Assembly (NCBI GenBank): GCA_038496445.1
Contig: JALMLS010000391.1
Location: 2,066-66,065, forward strand
Length of the DNA: 64,000 nucleotides
Direction: 5' to 3'
From: Trichosphaerium sp. ATCC 40318
Lineage: Eukaryota; Protista; Tubulinea
Every line of letters starts with the position of its first letter. Positions within the stretch are counted from its first letter, which is position 1. Under the pieces are notes generated by a model. It was not told the origin of the DNA. It saw only the letters and a list, made by a program, of their open reading frames with translations, and did no database searches. Below, one piece after another: positions 37,562 through 50,697 of this stretch. Both the position numbers and the translations under genes were made by a program.

Positions 37562-40329
37562 ATGGCGTCCATTGCAGAGCTAGAACGTAGGTTACATAGG
37601 CTATTAGCTGACCTTGAAGATATCGACACAAGTCTTGAACAGTTGGAGAGGGAGAGATCAGCACCTCGTACACTAGAGGAAATAGAAGGGCTCGAAGAGG
37701 AGGAAAACAGACTTCTGCGCGAGCAGCATGATAAACGTATGCGTTTACTAGCGCTAAAACAAACTCTCAGGCGTAAAGAACTAGAAGAAACCAAAAGGAG
37801 AGGTAAACAATAACCTAGGATCATTTTCATTCCGCAATAACTAAACTCCTTTTTTATTAGGTAGATACGAAGCTGGTAGCTTCATACTATCCAGAAGTAT
37901 AAAACTATCCTCAACACGTCTCCGAAAAAATACAATTTCGCAAAGAGACGATCCTGAAGATGAGCAAGAAAAGGAGGTTCAACGGTGGCAAATTGACGCT
38001 CACGAGATTATTATTCACAAAAACGATGTTTTGGGTAAAGGATCGTTTGGTACGCTCACACTACGCCATCCATTTACTTTAAAAACACTTTCCTTTTGTA
38101 TCTTGTAACCAAATAAGCCATTTTTATTGAATATTGTTACCAGGAGCCGTATACAGGGGTAAATGCAGAGGAAAAGAGGTTGCTGTAAAGATTTTGAATA
38201 ATGGTACGCTTGAAATCGCGGAAGATCTCACAAATCGCTTATTCAAACCTTTCAGATGTATCTGATACAGTCATTGAAGACTTCAAAAATGAAGTAGCTG
38301 TTATGGCGTACGTACTAAACAAGAAAAAAGCTGTTTTCTTTAATTGAACCAACAACGACACTTTTTGCGTGATTACGCTTTATAACTCCTAAACTGATCA
38401 TGTATTAGCAAACTACGCCACGAAAACTTGTTATTGGTAATACAGAAAAAAATAACTCAAACCTCCTCATTCTTACGTATTCTACTAGCTCATGGGTGTA
38501 TGCACACAAGGAGGCAAACTACAAATCGTTACAGAGCTAATGCCACTCGGAAGCGTTCACTTTTTGCTTCGTGAGAAAGTTAGGCTTTCTATGAAGCGTA
38601 AAATGATGATTGCTATCGATACAACGCTTGGCATGTTCTGGCTTCATAGAGAAGGTACGTAAAATGTCATTTCTTACAGTTTTATGGGAATTGTTCTCAA
38701 AACGTTCAGGAATCCTTCATCTTGATTTGAAACCAGCAAATCTCCTCGTAAATGACGCTTGGGTCATTAAAGTTGCTGATTTTGGTATTAGCCAAATGAA
38801 AGCTAACCTGGACTCTATTGGTGGTACATTAAATTACATGGTACGCTCATTTTGAAGTGCATTGACAGGCATATTTTTAGTTGTTTTTATTAAATCTGTT
38901 TTTAGTCTCCTGAGATCTTGCTTGGAGGTGATGTTGATGAGAATGCTGATATTTATTCCTTTGGTATGGTTCTTTGGGAGCTTGTTTCAGAACGTGTTCC
39001 GTGGCGTCAGGAACTATCTGTACTTGAAGGTAACTTTTTTTTGCATTTTCGATTAACTTTTGTTGATTCCTTTTTTTAGACTACAAAATGACTGTTGGTC
39101 ATGCAGGAAAGAGACTACCAATTCCACCAGATTGTCCTCCAAGACTAAAAGACCTAATTGAGAGATGTTGGGCACAAGACCCAGAAAACAGACCAAGTAT
39201 GAAATCATTCTTTTCATTAAGTAGTTTAATACTCTCCTTGTTTTTTGACGCTTATGTTTGTGGTTTTGTACTAATTGCTGTACACTAGCTTTTAAAGAGA
39301 TTGATGAGAGTAAGATATTCCATCATATCATCATTGAGGAGATTATACAAGACGGTATGGGTCTTAAATTATGGAAAGAGAGTTTTATGGGTAATTACTC
39401 TGTACCTTGGACTCAGTTTGTCCGTGGATTCTGTAAAAAATGTTGTATTGATGCACCAGATGAGTTGTTTAAAGACAAGAGACCTGATTTGAAGCTCATG
39501 TGTCTTAAATCTATGCTAGGTACGTTGTAATTCCTTTTTCTTTTGTTTTTGTGGTTTTGCTTTTGTTGAACAAACCGTGTTCTTTTCTCGTGTTTTTAAA
39601 GCACGCTTAACACGTTCTTCTTGCTTTTGAGATCAAAAGAAGGATTTGGAGTTGAACTAATTGTTTCCTCTTTCTAGCTGACAACCCAGAGTCTGTTGTC
39701 ACTATTGAAGACTTTGCCGACTTTTTAGTATGGTTTGGACCACTTACAGTCGGATATGATATTATTGATCGCGTTTACAGCCTAGCATCCAAAAAGTACG
39801 CATTTTGAGAATCACAACGCTATAGCAGTGCTAATGGCATTGTGCTTAGGGGATTTTTTGGCAAATTATCGGCAGAAGGAGCTGAAAAAGTTTTAACTAG
39901 TGCAAAGCCTCAATCTTATCTTATTCGCTTCTCCTCAACTCCAGGCGACTTTGTAGTATCATGCAAGACAAAGAAAGATAGATATGTACACTACAAGATT
40001 AATCATCAACCAAATGGACCATATGTATTCAGTGGAAAGCCTTACAGTACAATAGACTCTATTCTAGCGGTATGAAAGCGAATCGTCTTGTTTTTTTTTA
40101 TCTAATTCCTTGTTTGTTTAAATAGGACTTTAAAAAGCGGTTAGCTTTGAAGAACGCAGCCCCAGGGTCTAAATATGAGACTCTATTAAACCATACAGGC
40201 CTAGAACGTGAAGTAATCATAGGTTACATTGATCCAAACAACACAAAGATACTCAAGAGTAAGAAAAAGAATCGTTCTAAGCCTAAAAAAGGACATAAAA
40301 AGATGCGTCTTGCTACAGGTGGAGTTTAA
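37562..40329 (+). CDS. TKL protein kinase with C-terminal SH2 domain (Shk-like)
   Basis: N-terminal coiled coil; GKGSFG, VAVK, HLDLKPANLL, DFG, CW..DP..RP; SH2 FFGKLS...YLIRFSSTPGDFVVS...HYKI. Confidence 0.92.
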
Positions 40330-40853
40330 TAGATACTCTCTTTTTTTTCATAACTTCGTAAAAGTATTAAACAAAATCATCTCTAGAGTCGTAGACTTTA
40401 GTGTTTGGGTGTTTAATTGTGCCTTGTAGAAAGGAAACATTATTGTAACCCTATTATTAAAATAAAAAGACTACTATTTAAGTTGTTGTTGTGAAGGAAG
40501 TGTCTTTACCGGCCTTTATGCGTAGCTGTAAGCTTGGACTTCGTTATAGTTGTGGCTAACTTGAAAACCTTTTGTGAGCCTCTTCGTTCTTTTGGAAGTA
40601 GCACCTCTTAAAAAAAACAAGGATAAAGAAGCTATTGGCGCGAGTGTTTATGGGCTTGCACAGCGGTATCGTAGTTTTACCTGAGCTACTCTTTTTGGAT
40701 TCTGTTCCCTGTGACGGTTTATAACACGTGATAAGATCTGAGGGTACAAAAGAACAACAAAAACCTGTTATGGTACTATGGCGGAGAAAATAACATAAAA
40801 GACTATCTACGAAGTTGAGAACAAACCCTGGCCATACTACCGTTTCATCGAAC

Positions 40854-41774
40854 ATGAAGCATTGTATACTGGTTGTAATCGCTGTATTTGGCATAGCGTA
40901 CCAACAATGTCCTCCAAACACATGCAGTAATTCTGGTGACTGTGGTCCGTACTGTCGCGCGTGCGTTGATTTGTAGTGGCAAATTGTCGTTATATTTTGA
41001 AATTTTATTTTCTGTCTAGATGCGTCTCTGGTTATTGTACCAATTGCCCTACACAGCAAAAAATGTGCCAAATATCACAGGAGGACATAGAATGCTATGA
41101 CCCCAAACTAAACAATTGCTGTCCGTCACCAGGCCCACAACAACTAGGAGCGTTATGTTCTAAGAACCAAACAGGGTGTTGTTATATAAGCAGTGCAGAA
41201 GTACGTAAATTGTGGCCACGTGCAAAGGCGGTGTTCGAAAAATATTTTTTGAGTTGCTAAAATTACGTCGCAGTCATGAACGTGCGTGTGCATTGTGTCC
41301 TGGAGGCGAAAGATTCTAGAAATCCCAAAAAGTATCAAATCCTGGTCCTCAAAAAATTGATTTGTTTCTTCCAGAAAAAACCCTTCAACTTGCCTATTCC
41401 CAAGCTAAACCTGCTTTGTGCGTAACTCATTTCTCTTCTAGCAATGCTATGACCCCGACACTGAGTCTTGTTGTCTGAATGGTGGAGCAGCAAGTAAAAT
41501 CTGCAAAGGTGCAAACATGAGTTGTTGTCCAGGAGGCAACAACGTTTGCTACAATCCCAAAACAGAGCAATGTTGTGGTGACAAGAAATGTCCTAAGTCT
41601 CCGTGGGCTTGTTATAACTACGATTATTGCTACAACACGAAGACTCAGGGTATTTGTGGGTCACCTGGCGGCTACCAAAACGCGTATGATCTAAAAACAC
41701 AATACTGCTGCAACGCAGAATACGCCATCGTCTGTAACCTCAACCAAACATGTGCAACAGGTATTTGCACCTAA
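40854..41774 (+). CDS. secreted cysteine-rich repeat protein (CY[DN]Pxx(x)xCC repeats)
   Basis: Signal peptide MKHCILVVIAVFGIAYQ; 3 exons; repeats CYDPKLNNCC, CYDPDTESCC, CYNPKTEQCC, YDLKTQYCC. Confidence 0.85.
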
Positions 41775-43817
41775 CAATACAAGTATTCCTTACATTGAAG
41801 TAAAACGTAGCTTGTTTTATTTGGCTAACTTAAATGATCTCGAGAGAACGATTGATTGAATACATTGTAGCACTTCCATTCAGGTATCTTTTCAATCGCA
41901 CTGGTTGTACTTTGTGGGGTTCTAGAAATTACCAGTGCACAAGGGCATCCGTTGATCCTTCGTTTTCACAAAATTGGACGATTCGCTGCTCCAAAAAAAC
42001 TAATGCTAGCGTTTTATTGACTTAAAGTCAAATGTCATTTTTTTCATTCCAAAAGATATGAAAGCGGACTTCTCTAAGAATATTTTCAGTGGTTCACAAT
42101 TGCGTTCAAGCTAATCTTGTACATTGTTCCCTCTTTTTTTTCATTTTTATGACCTTGACTTAAAACCTCCAAGTGCTCTTCTCCTAATGTTTGCTGATAC
42201 CATAATAATAGATTTATAACATTGGGGCTCCGTAATTGAAAGAAGGGCTCCTTTTAAAACCATGTGGGGCCAAGAGTTTCATGTCAAACTTCGATGGCTT
42301 TTTTTGTCATCATAAGTGTTTAAAAAGCATGCCTACGCTAGAAAACCGCTTGTCCTTTGGTTTAGCAAGCGCTAGAAAAAAAAGTATTAGCTATTGTCCA
42401 GTCACGTCATCAGTCTGGCGTTTTTAGTGATAACAAGGCTGTAGCGTAAACTTTGGGAAAGCGAAACTATTCCTTCAACAATTTCTCAGTGCACATTGAT
42501 GTGTATACAGAGATTCCGGCGGGAGATTAGGCGCTAGAACGACGTACTGTAGTATAATGAAAGCATGTCGTTAGTAGCATGACTTGTACGTGTATGTTTC
42601 ACCGGACTGTTTGGGAAAAGGGACTAAGGGATGCATTGTGTACTTGAAAAGGCCAAATTTAAAAAAAACTACAGCGCACTTCACACACAACAACTAACGT
42701 TGCCTCTCTGCCTTTTAATACTATAAAGCTATATATATCCACCCATGTCAAAGATAGGACGTAATACATCACTCGAAACGACACACCACGTGGCAGAAAA
42801 CACAGGAAACTATTTACAAGATGAAAAAAGAAACAAAACTAGAAGAAAAAAATCTGTTGTTGTAGCTACTTCTTTCCCAAACTATTACACCCTCCGAAAA
42901 AGAATATCCCTGGACGGTTCTTTTATTACTAGTACGTATTAATAATCTTTTATGCCATATTGTGAGCGACATACAAAAAAATAAAGCAAAACTTTTTAGT
43001 CTCGAACAAAATAAAAGTGTGAATAAAAAACAACTTTCAAACTTTGTTTTATTTGTGGATGATTAACGATTGTTATAGAATCGCCTGGTATAGTTTTCAC
43101 GTGGCATCTCGAACACAGCGCATTCCCACGCACATGCTCAAAAGGTCAAAATATTACAAACATACGGGGATGGGCTAGGTATAGCCTAGACCGCGGGACA
43201 ATAGAACCCAATATTAATGTATACTATCCAAACCGAACACTTGGACCTATTTCTGTTTACACATTCGAACCTATTGTTTGTAAGGTTATTAATATGACTC
43301 CTCCTAACTTTGTTAAAAGTCCTATTGATGAGAGACCTCCATCTAGGAAAGAGTTTCATTTGAATCCACAAACCAATTCCAAAAAAAAATAAAAAAAAAA
43401 CAACACAAACATTTTTACGCCTTCACCTCCCTTTGGTTCCTCGTCACAAAAAAAATCTACTTCGCGCTTTCTGGTAACTAACTGACAGTTAAAACGAGAT
43501 GAGAATACTATAACGGTTTATAAATTGTAGTAAAGCAGCTTTTTGTGTCGTTGCTTCGAAATCTCTGATGGTGATTTAAGATTAAACAAAATATGTCAAA
43601 AAAAAATTGTGAAACAAAAGTTGGTAATAAATCAAGAAGAAAGACTATTAACACATCAATTCCAAGAAGTGGCAGATCTTTCAAAGACTCAAAAAAACTT
43701 GTACATTCATAAAAAAGGTGGTTTATTTAATTGCATAAGCGTGACCATCATCAGTAAGGGTTAACGTCATTTCTACACAGTTTTTTTTTGACTAGCAATA
43801 GACTACTTTAGCCATTC

Positions 43818-44867
43818 TTAAGTTGCGTTCGTATCACTAAGATCAACACTATATGCATCCTTGAGATATTTCATACAAGAAGTTGTTATACCTTTACAAC
43901 CTGAGAGATTAATAGTATGTATACAAGTCAACACAGAAATCCCTACATCTGTGATTTTGGGACACTGACTAAGGTTTAGTATCTTAACATTACAGATTGG
44001 AATGAGCCAATCATCTTCCGCCTCTGTGTCAGAAAGATTAATACTATATGCCCCTTTGATATGTTCCATACATGCTGCATTGATATGGTTACAACTAGTT
44101 AAACTAATCGTATGAACACCTGATAGTGACTTCAATCCTTCCTCATTAATGGATGAACGTGACAAGTCTATTGTATGTACTCCAGATAAAGCTGATATTC
44201 CCTTTGCTGTGAAACGAGTGTTACCCATCAAATTTATTGTATGTACTCCAGATAATGCATACAAGACATCATCAGTGACTGTTTTAGAATAGCTAAAGAA
44301 ACTAAAATATGGTAAAGAAAGTTTGGGTATCCCAGCAAGTGCTTTAAAAGCTGATTTTGTAATTCCTTTGAGTCCAAATAAATGAACATACTTGAGGTGC
44401 TTCACAAGTTGTATTACTCCTTTATCTGTCACACGTGGGCACAATGATAAGACTAGGTTCTTGACACCGATAATGGACTTCAATCCTTCATCTGTGATAT
44501 GCTCGTTCTTGCAGAGTGCAAGATCATGAACTCCAGAAAGAAAGGCAAGATCATTGTCTTTTGCTTCTTTGAACCTCAAAAGATCTATCTTTGTGTTTTT
44601 AAGAAGCGGACTTGCAGAGAGAAGACGACAATCGTGTGTAGACTTGACTGAGATGTATATGTATCCAACATGATGCCGAACGATACTTGATAAGCGTTTA
44701 CAGCTTCCAGAAACAGAAAATCGATCAGAACGCTCCACAAACTCTAGTAAATACGCAATTATCTCTATTGGGATGTCTAAAAGCTCTGATATGTATGATT
44801 CATGCTTACACCCTGTTGAAAAGGTTAACAGCTTCATTCTTTTAGCAATGGTACCTTTAGCTTCCAT
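43818..44867 (-). CDS. F-box/leucine-rich repeat protein, intronless
   Basis: LLDIPIEIIAYLLEF F-box plus ~22-aa repeats of the form GVHTIxLS.C..IT..G...L. Confidence 0.9.
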   Translation of the reverse strand: MEAKGTIAKRMKLLTFSTGCKHESYISELLDIPIEIIAYLLEFVERSDRFSVSGSCKRLSSIVRHHVGYIYISVKSTHDCRLLSASPLLKNTKIDLLRFKEAKDNDLAFLSGVHDLALCKNEHITDEGLKSIIGVKNLVLSLCPRVTDKGVIQLVKHLKYVHLFGLKGITKSAFKALAGIPKLSLPYFSFFSYSKTVTDDVLYALSGVHTINLMGNTRFTAKGISALSGVHTIDLSRSSINEEGLKSLSGVHTISLTSCNHINAACMEHIKGAYSINLSDTEAEDDWLIPICNVKILNLSQCPKITDVGISVLTCIHTINLSGCKGITTSCMKYLKDAYSVDLSDTNAT

Positions 44868-45473
44868 ATTATCAATTGCGCCGTGTTTCTATGTTTAAGC
44901 TAAGTATGCACTTCCATTTCAAAGTGGCCTTATCTGCCCTGATAAGTCAACCCATACAAAAATAACAAAAGTATACAAGTCAGTCAGTCAGATGCTTTAT
45001 TGGTGAGTTGGCAGTTGTATTATTTGAACTTTTGGCTAATAGCCTGATACATGTGCTACGGTCTCAAACCCGTGACCCACGGCAGCTGATATGTCAACGA
45101 CTTTACCGAGTTTTCATTGAATACCAATTTATTTGGTTTTCCACTAACAGTTCAAGGCAAGGAATCATCGCACGTTCACTTAGCTGGCGTCGTAAAGTCT
45201 TTCCCGCATTGGAAGCATCCAGTGCAACTCCATCCAGTGTAAGCCCTTGATAGGCACGTAAAGTACATCTAGCTCAGAACTAGCAACCGGTTCATGGAAT
45301 ACAGACAAATAAAAGTAAGGTGATGAAAAACCAAAAATAAGCAATCATACGTTCAAGTACTAAGAGGTAAACAATTACAAAACAGTAACACGTTTTTTTA
45401 GTACAAATGTAAGGGTTTATTTTTCACTTTAAATAACAATAAGGAGGTCGTCAAGACCTTTTTTTGGATATTT

Positions 45474-47492
45474 TTAGTACTCCATATCCATGTCATACGC
45501 TTCATCTGATTCACATTCTGAATCTGAATCTTCACCTATTTTATTTATTAGCTTTATTGTAGTGTATTTAAAATATTATGTGTACCATCAAAGTATCCAC
45601 CCTCGCAATCATCACATTCCATTTGTGCTTCATACTTTACTTTTTTCGCAATTCTTTTTGTATTTTTATTCGATTTCATGTCCTCTAGCTGTTCTTTGCC
45701 CTTTTTAATTAATTCATCTACAGCTCCCTTATCGTCCTGTAACATAACGTCAGTAAATAACGTTTGCAAGAAAAGAATAAGAAAAAAAAACAGTTTTGTG
45801 TTTACAATTGAAAGAACAGTGTTAGTACCTTATCTTTTATGCGTTCTAGCAATGTAATAACGGCCTGTTTTTGCTCTATTGCTTTGTCTTTCTGTCCTTT
45901 TTCAAGCAATTCAGCAACCAGTTTATTCTGAGAGTGAACGTTAATTACACAATCTTGATTTCTTAACAACATTTCATTAACATACCAGCATTGCAGCTTC
46001 TTTGATTGCGACAGCTACCAATACTTCACCATCCATATCTGTAAGTTTTTTTCGGTCCGTTGATGGTGTAAGTTGAAGGTTACCAGTCACAGTTTTAGTT
46101 GTATATTGTTGTTCCTATTAACAGACCTGTGAGCATGGCGACTTTTTACAAAAGAAAATGTTGACTATTGGGAGTTATGTGTACCTTTCCTGATTCTAGT
46201 ACTTCGTACGATAGCTTCCAAGATATCACTATAAACGACTCTTCACCTTTAGGACATTCAGTCTCACATTCTACAAGAATACGTGTTGTATCATTCGCCA
46301 ACAAATCACCAATTTGAATAGCTTTAAGCATACAAAGTAAGTAAAAAGTCAATGACAGAAACATGAGTATCACGTGATGTGAGTTAGAAAAGTCGTACCT
46401 GATGGTTTATCGTCTTTTCCCCATACTTTAGTTATTTGAGTTCCTTTGGCAGCTGTGAGGTTCAAAACAGCGCTGATACCTTTAAGCTCAAGTAATCCAT
46501 GAATTGCTTTCGAAATTCCTTGTTGGATAGATATTGGTGAGCTTAAGAACATGTAGTGACCGCCACCGTGTGCAGCAATAGCCTATGGCATTTTAGTTCG
46601 GGAATTATAAACTAGGTGTGCATTACCATCATCATCTTCTCATCAAAATCGCTTCCAATACCAAACGCAGAAGTCTTCAAAAATAATTAGAATAAAAAAA
46701 CATTTGAAGCAAAAATAGCCTTACTGTGACGCCTTGGTCTGCCATCTTTGCGACTATTTCAGATACCTTGTCTACACTTTTAATACCTACATTTGCAAGG
46801 CCATCAGAAAACAAGAAAATACGCTTAATGGCTCCATTTTTGGTCTTGTGTTTTTGAAGTAAATCAAATCCACGTTGTAGCTATTACTGGTTTAGCACAA
46901 GATTTCTTTCACGTGATTCCGAAAAAAAACACTTACACCGCCAGAGAGGTTAGTACAGCCTTCTGTTTGTATAGCTTTTACATCTCGTTTGAGGTATTCT
47001 TTGTCCGATAAGCCATCATCTTTACAAAAACAATAAGTTAAGTCATTGTAATCATCCTATTTTTATCTTACGTTCAACGATTGTTGTTACTTTAGATCCA
47101 TAGGCGACAATTGTTAATTTATCCTATGTAACGCTGTTAGTGATATAGTATAGATGCGCTTGAGGCATACTTTACCGGGTTCCAGATGTTTTATCACTTT
47201 TTTCAACGCTTTCTTTGCGAAATGTAGTTTACTACCCCTCATTGATCCAGAACGATCCAAAACAACCGCCAGTTCCTTTGACAAGTCAGTTTCAGACACC
47301 TTTTCGGCTACGTTATATTTTAAACCGTACAATGGGCGCTCTGACTTCTGAGTTCTCGTTTTTTGACGTAATAACCTTCAAAGCGCAGTTCCATGTTGAG
47401 GTACGCTTTGCTTTTATAAACGCGCAAGCAGGTGTCGCAACGACACTGACGGGTTCTGTTGGGGTTGCAGGATTGTTAGGAGTGGTTGCCAT
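45474..47492 (-). CDS. von Willebrand factor A domain protein, copy 2
   Basis: Direct near-identical duplicate of 29965-32007 with the same exon structure. Confidence 0.9.
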
Positions 47493-47729
47493 GATGTATA
47501 GTATGAGATTGTGATGGTTTTGGGTTTCACGAACAACAAGATACCAAAACCAAACGTCAGCGAACCAAAACCAATCACCGTTTTCAATGAACGTAAAAAA
47601 GTTTAGCTAAACTTGTATTGTATTAGCTAAACAAAGCTACTACAAACAAACGCTAAGTTATTATTGATGAGTACATTCTTTTTACATGACTACTTCTATG
47701 ACGTAGCTGTGCAGTGCCACTTGCACAGT

Positions 47730-48649
47730 TTACACATAATAATCAAATACAATTGGTTTTCTTACAGTTGTTCCGAAAGCCTTTGAAGCCCCATTAATAA
47801 AGTTTATTCCATCAATTTCTTTATGTCCATATCCCTCGTGAACATGACCAAACATGTGAACAACAGGCTTCACCACTTTTATGACACGTGTTCTCAAATA
47901 CCTTCGAAAAAAAAAGTAAGTTGTCAAGCTCGTGTAAAAAGAAATGTTTGACCTAAGCTCAGCACGTGAACGTCAGAAAAAGAAAAGTTATGGCGTACTT
48001 TGATCCCCAATTTCTCCCATCATGTGCTATATCAAGGATATCGAAGGGCGGCATATGCGTGATGAGGATGTCTGTCTTTGCTGGGATTCTTGAAAACTTT
48101 GTTTCTAGCTTATCACGTTTACAACTAAAAGCCATCCCTCTTGACGACTGCCAAGGTGTTCCATAGAAGTTGATACCCTCAATAGTCCTTATACTGTAAC
48201 TCGTTACCAATAAGAAGGTATCCAGAACAATCTTGCCTGTCTTCTAGGTACACACAGTTTGTGAGAAGGCTCGAACGTATTTCTCTTTTAGATAGATCGT
48301 TAAATAAGTATTCATGATTTCTAGGTGATTACAAAGAGTTAGAAGGCGTCTCAGCGGTTAGCCAGATAACGTATGTACCCTGCTATCACAATTTTGTGCT
48401 TGTGTGGAAGTGCACCTTTGAATAACATTAATTGTAACCCTACAACGAATACTTACCTAGCCAGGTGTTGAAATCTTGTATTGGACCTCGTCTACTGCAT
48501 TTTTGAACGAAATCACCTGAATGTATTAAAATATCGCCATCAGGAACTTTGAGACGCTCATGCAAGCCGTGTGTATCGCTAATATGAACAATACGCAATT
48601 TTTTGCCTGTCTTTTTCTTCTCTTCACTTTGTAGTATTGTAATCTCCAT
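47730..48649 (-). CDS. metallophosphoesterase (MPPED1/2-like)
   Basis: ISDTHG, DILIHSGDF, IAG|NHE, DILITHMPP, HMFGHVHEGYG. Confidence 0.92.
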
Positions 48650-49577
48650 ACTTTATATCACTCAAGGCTATATTGCTTACCTGTAACAGTTTTAACACTT
48701 TACAAACAGTGAGCATTCAGTTAATAAGCGTCTCACTGAAAGTCCTTTGTTTCGAGACAACTCAACTGCAACTGCTTTGAAAAGCCGCGCAATTGATTTC
48801 TTCAGCCTCGTGGGGACCTCGGAAACATTATGTAGAATGGGTAGTATTTTTACGCGGAATAAAAGTCAAGAAGAATAAACAGAATGATTGATTCTTTCGA
48901 TTGATCATTATTTTACAAACATGATAACTGACGTAATACGTAGTATATTATCTGGTATGGAATGTGGTATTTGGATACTACTAGGTGCAAGACAACTTAT
49001 GCTTGCATTCTTTATGATATTATACTCATTGCCAGCGCCTACCGTACGAGTTTTTTTTGTTTTTGTATCATCTCTTTCAACCATCTCGACACTGTCTTAT
49101 TGACTTTTTAGGCTCCTTGGTATATCGTTCAACAGAGAAGAGAAAGTAGAGAGTATATATTGGAGTCTAGTATCAATCTTGCTACTATTATGTGTGTTTA
49201 TTATGCATATTTCTTAGCAACAAATGTTTACTTGCAGTATTGTAAATGTTTATCAATCAAGCGTATTCTACAAGATGGACAAAATGCACTGAGAGCTTTC
49301 TTACCTTCAAAAAAAGTAAAGATGATGGTAATACCTTTATCGAGACGTTCCTAGGGATGTAGGCCTGTCTTTACATGTAATTACAATATCAATCAACACT
49401 ATTAATAAAAAGTGAAATTGTCACATTCTCTTGTCTGTGTAATCACATGGCACTTTCTTCCGAGTGCTCACCATGGGGGTGAAGAACTAATACATCACAA
49501 CTTTCAATTTCGACATTATCAATCAACAGTTTTGTTATAACTTGACTGCCGTAGACAATTACAAGTTTTTTATGTTT

Positions 49578-50297
49578 CTACAAGAGTCTACATATTTGTT
49601 TTGGTTTTTGTGTTATCTTGTTGTTTGTAGGTGTAACAGCACTTATGGTTTCGTCAAAAACTGTTTTAAGCCCGACCTGTGTGAAAGACGAACATTCAAG
49701 GTATTTCACTGCTCCAATACTTTGTGCCATTGTAGTTCCTTGTTCAAATGATATTGGTGCTTGTTTCTTTTCAGCAAGCTTATTTATAGTTGTTTCTTTG
49801 TCTCTGAGATCTATCTTAGTGCCAACTAATATGATTGGGATATCGGGACAATGATGAGCCACCTCTGGAAGCCACTAGATGAGGACGTAAGTAACAAACA
49901 TAGAAAAAAAAAGCTGTTTCATGAAAACTAAAGTTTCACGTGCCTTTTCTCGTACGTTTTCAAAAGATGACGGAGCAACAACTGAGAAACATATTAAGAA
50001 CACTTCCGTATCAGGGTACGATAAAGGTCTTAATTTGTCATAGTCTGCTTGACCAGCAGTATCCCATATTCCGAGATTGACTGGATGACCGTTAACCATA
50101 ACTTTGGCAGAGTAACTATTAAACACCTGAAGCCACGTAAGGAACAATTTATACATCAAGATTGGTGAGCGCTGTTATGCTGACGTACGTACTGTCGGTA
50201 TATTGTCAACAGGCATCGTGTTGGTGGTAAAGGCTATGAGCATACAAGTTTTTCCAACAGCGTTATCTCCAACGATTACAGATTTTATCGCTCTCAT
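49578..50297 (-). CDS. Rac-family Rho GTPase, divergent
   Basis: [40 protein letters not shown], CaaX CRLL; 2 introns. Confidence 0.95.
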
Positions 50298-50697
50298 TGT
50301 TTTATATTCTTAGGTGTATTGTTGCTTTGATAATAAAATAACAAATGTTTGTACTTGACATATTTTTAGGCTAAAAACGTGCTTTAGCCTAAGTCAAACT
50401 ACAGTTCAGCTTCACTGAAGCATAACTACGTTCATCCACAGGTAATGTTATGCTGAAGATTAGAATTACTGTGTTAGTGAAAATTACTATAGTTACACTC
50501 AAAGAATCGCTTATTGAAGGATACTGTATTCATTTTTTTAGTGGATAAACAAGGCAAAAAAAATTAGCAGCAGATGCATCACACGTCATTGATATTTTGT
50601 GAAGTATTTTCTAATTTACAAGTTGTGTTTGGTGGGAGGTGTTGTTGACAAAGAAAAATGAAAAAAATCGTGTCCGTCATAGCTATGGATATGTGAT

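Noticed and set aside
41780-43800. 2-kb gene-poor interval as an ncRNA or transposon
   Set aside because: No TIRs, TSDs, structured RNA motif or coherent reading frame that I could support.
45180-45260. Minus-strand peptide YQGLTLDGVALD resembling PIF1/Helitron helicase motif V
   Set aside because: Isolated short match with no other helicase or Rep motifs nearby; probably chance.
48888-49354. Possible two-exon small membrane protein
   Set aside because: A splice is plausible but there is no motif support.
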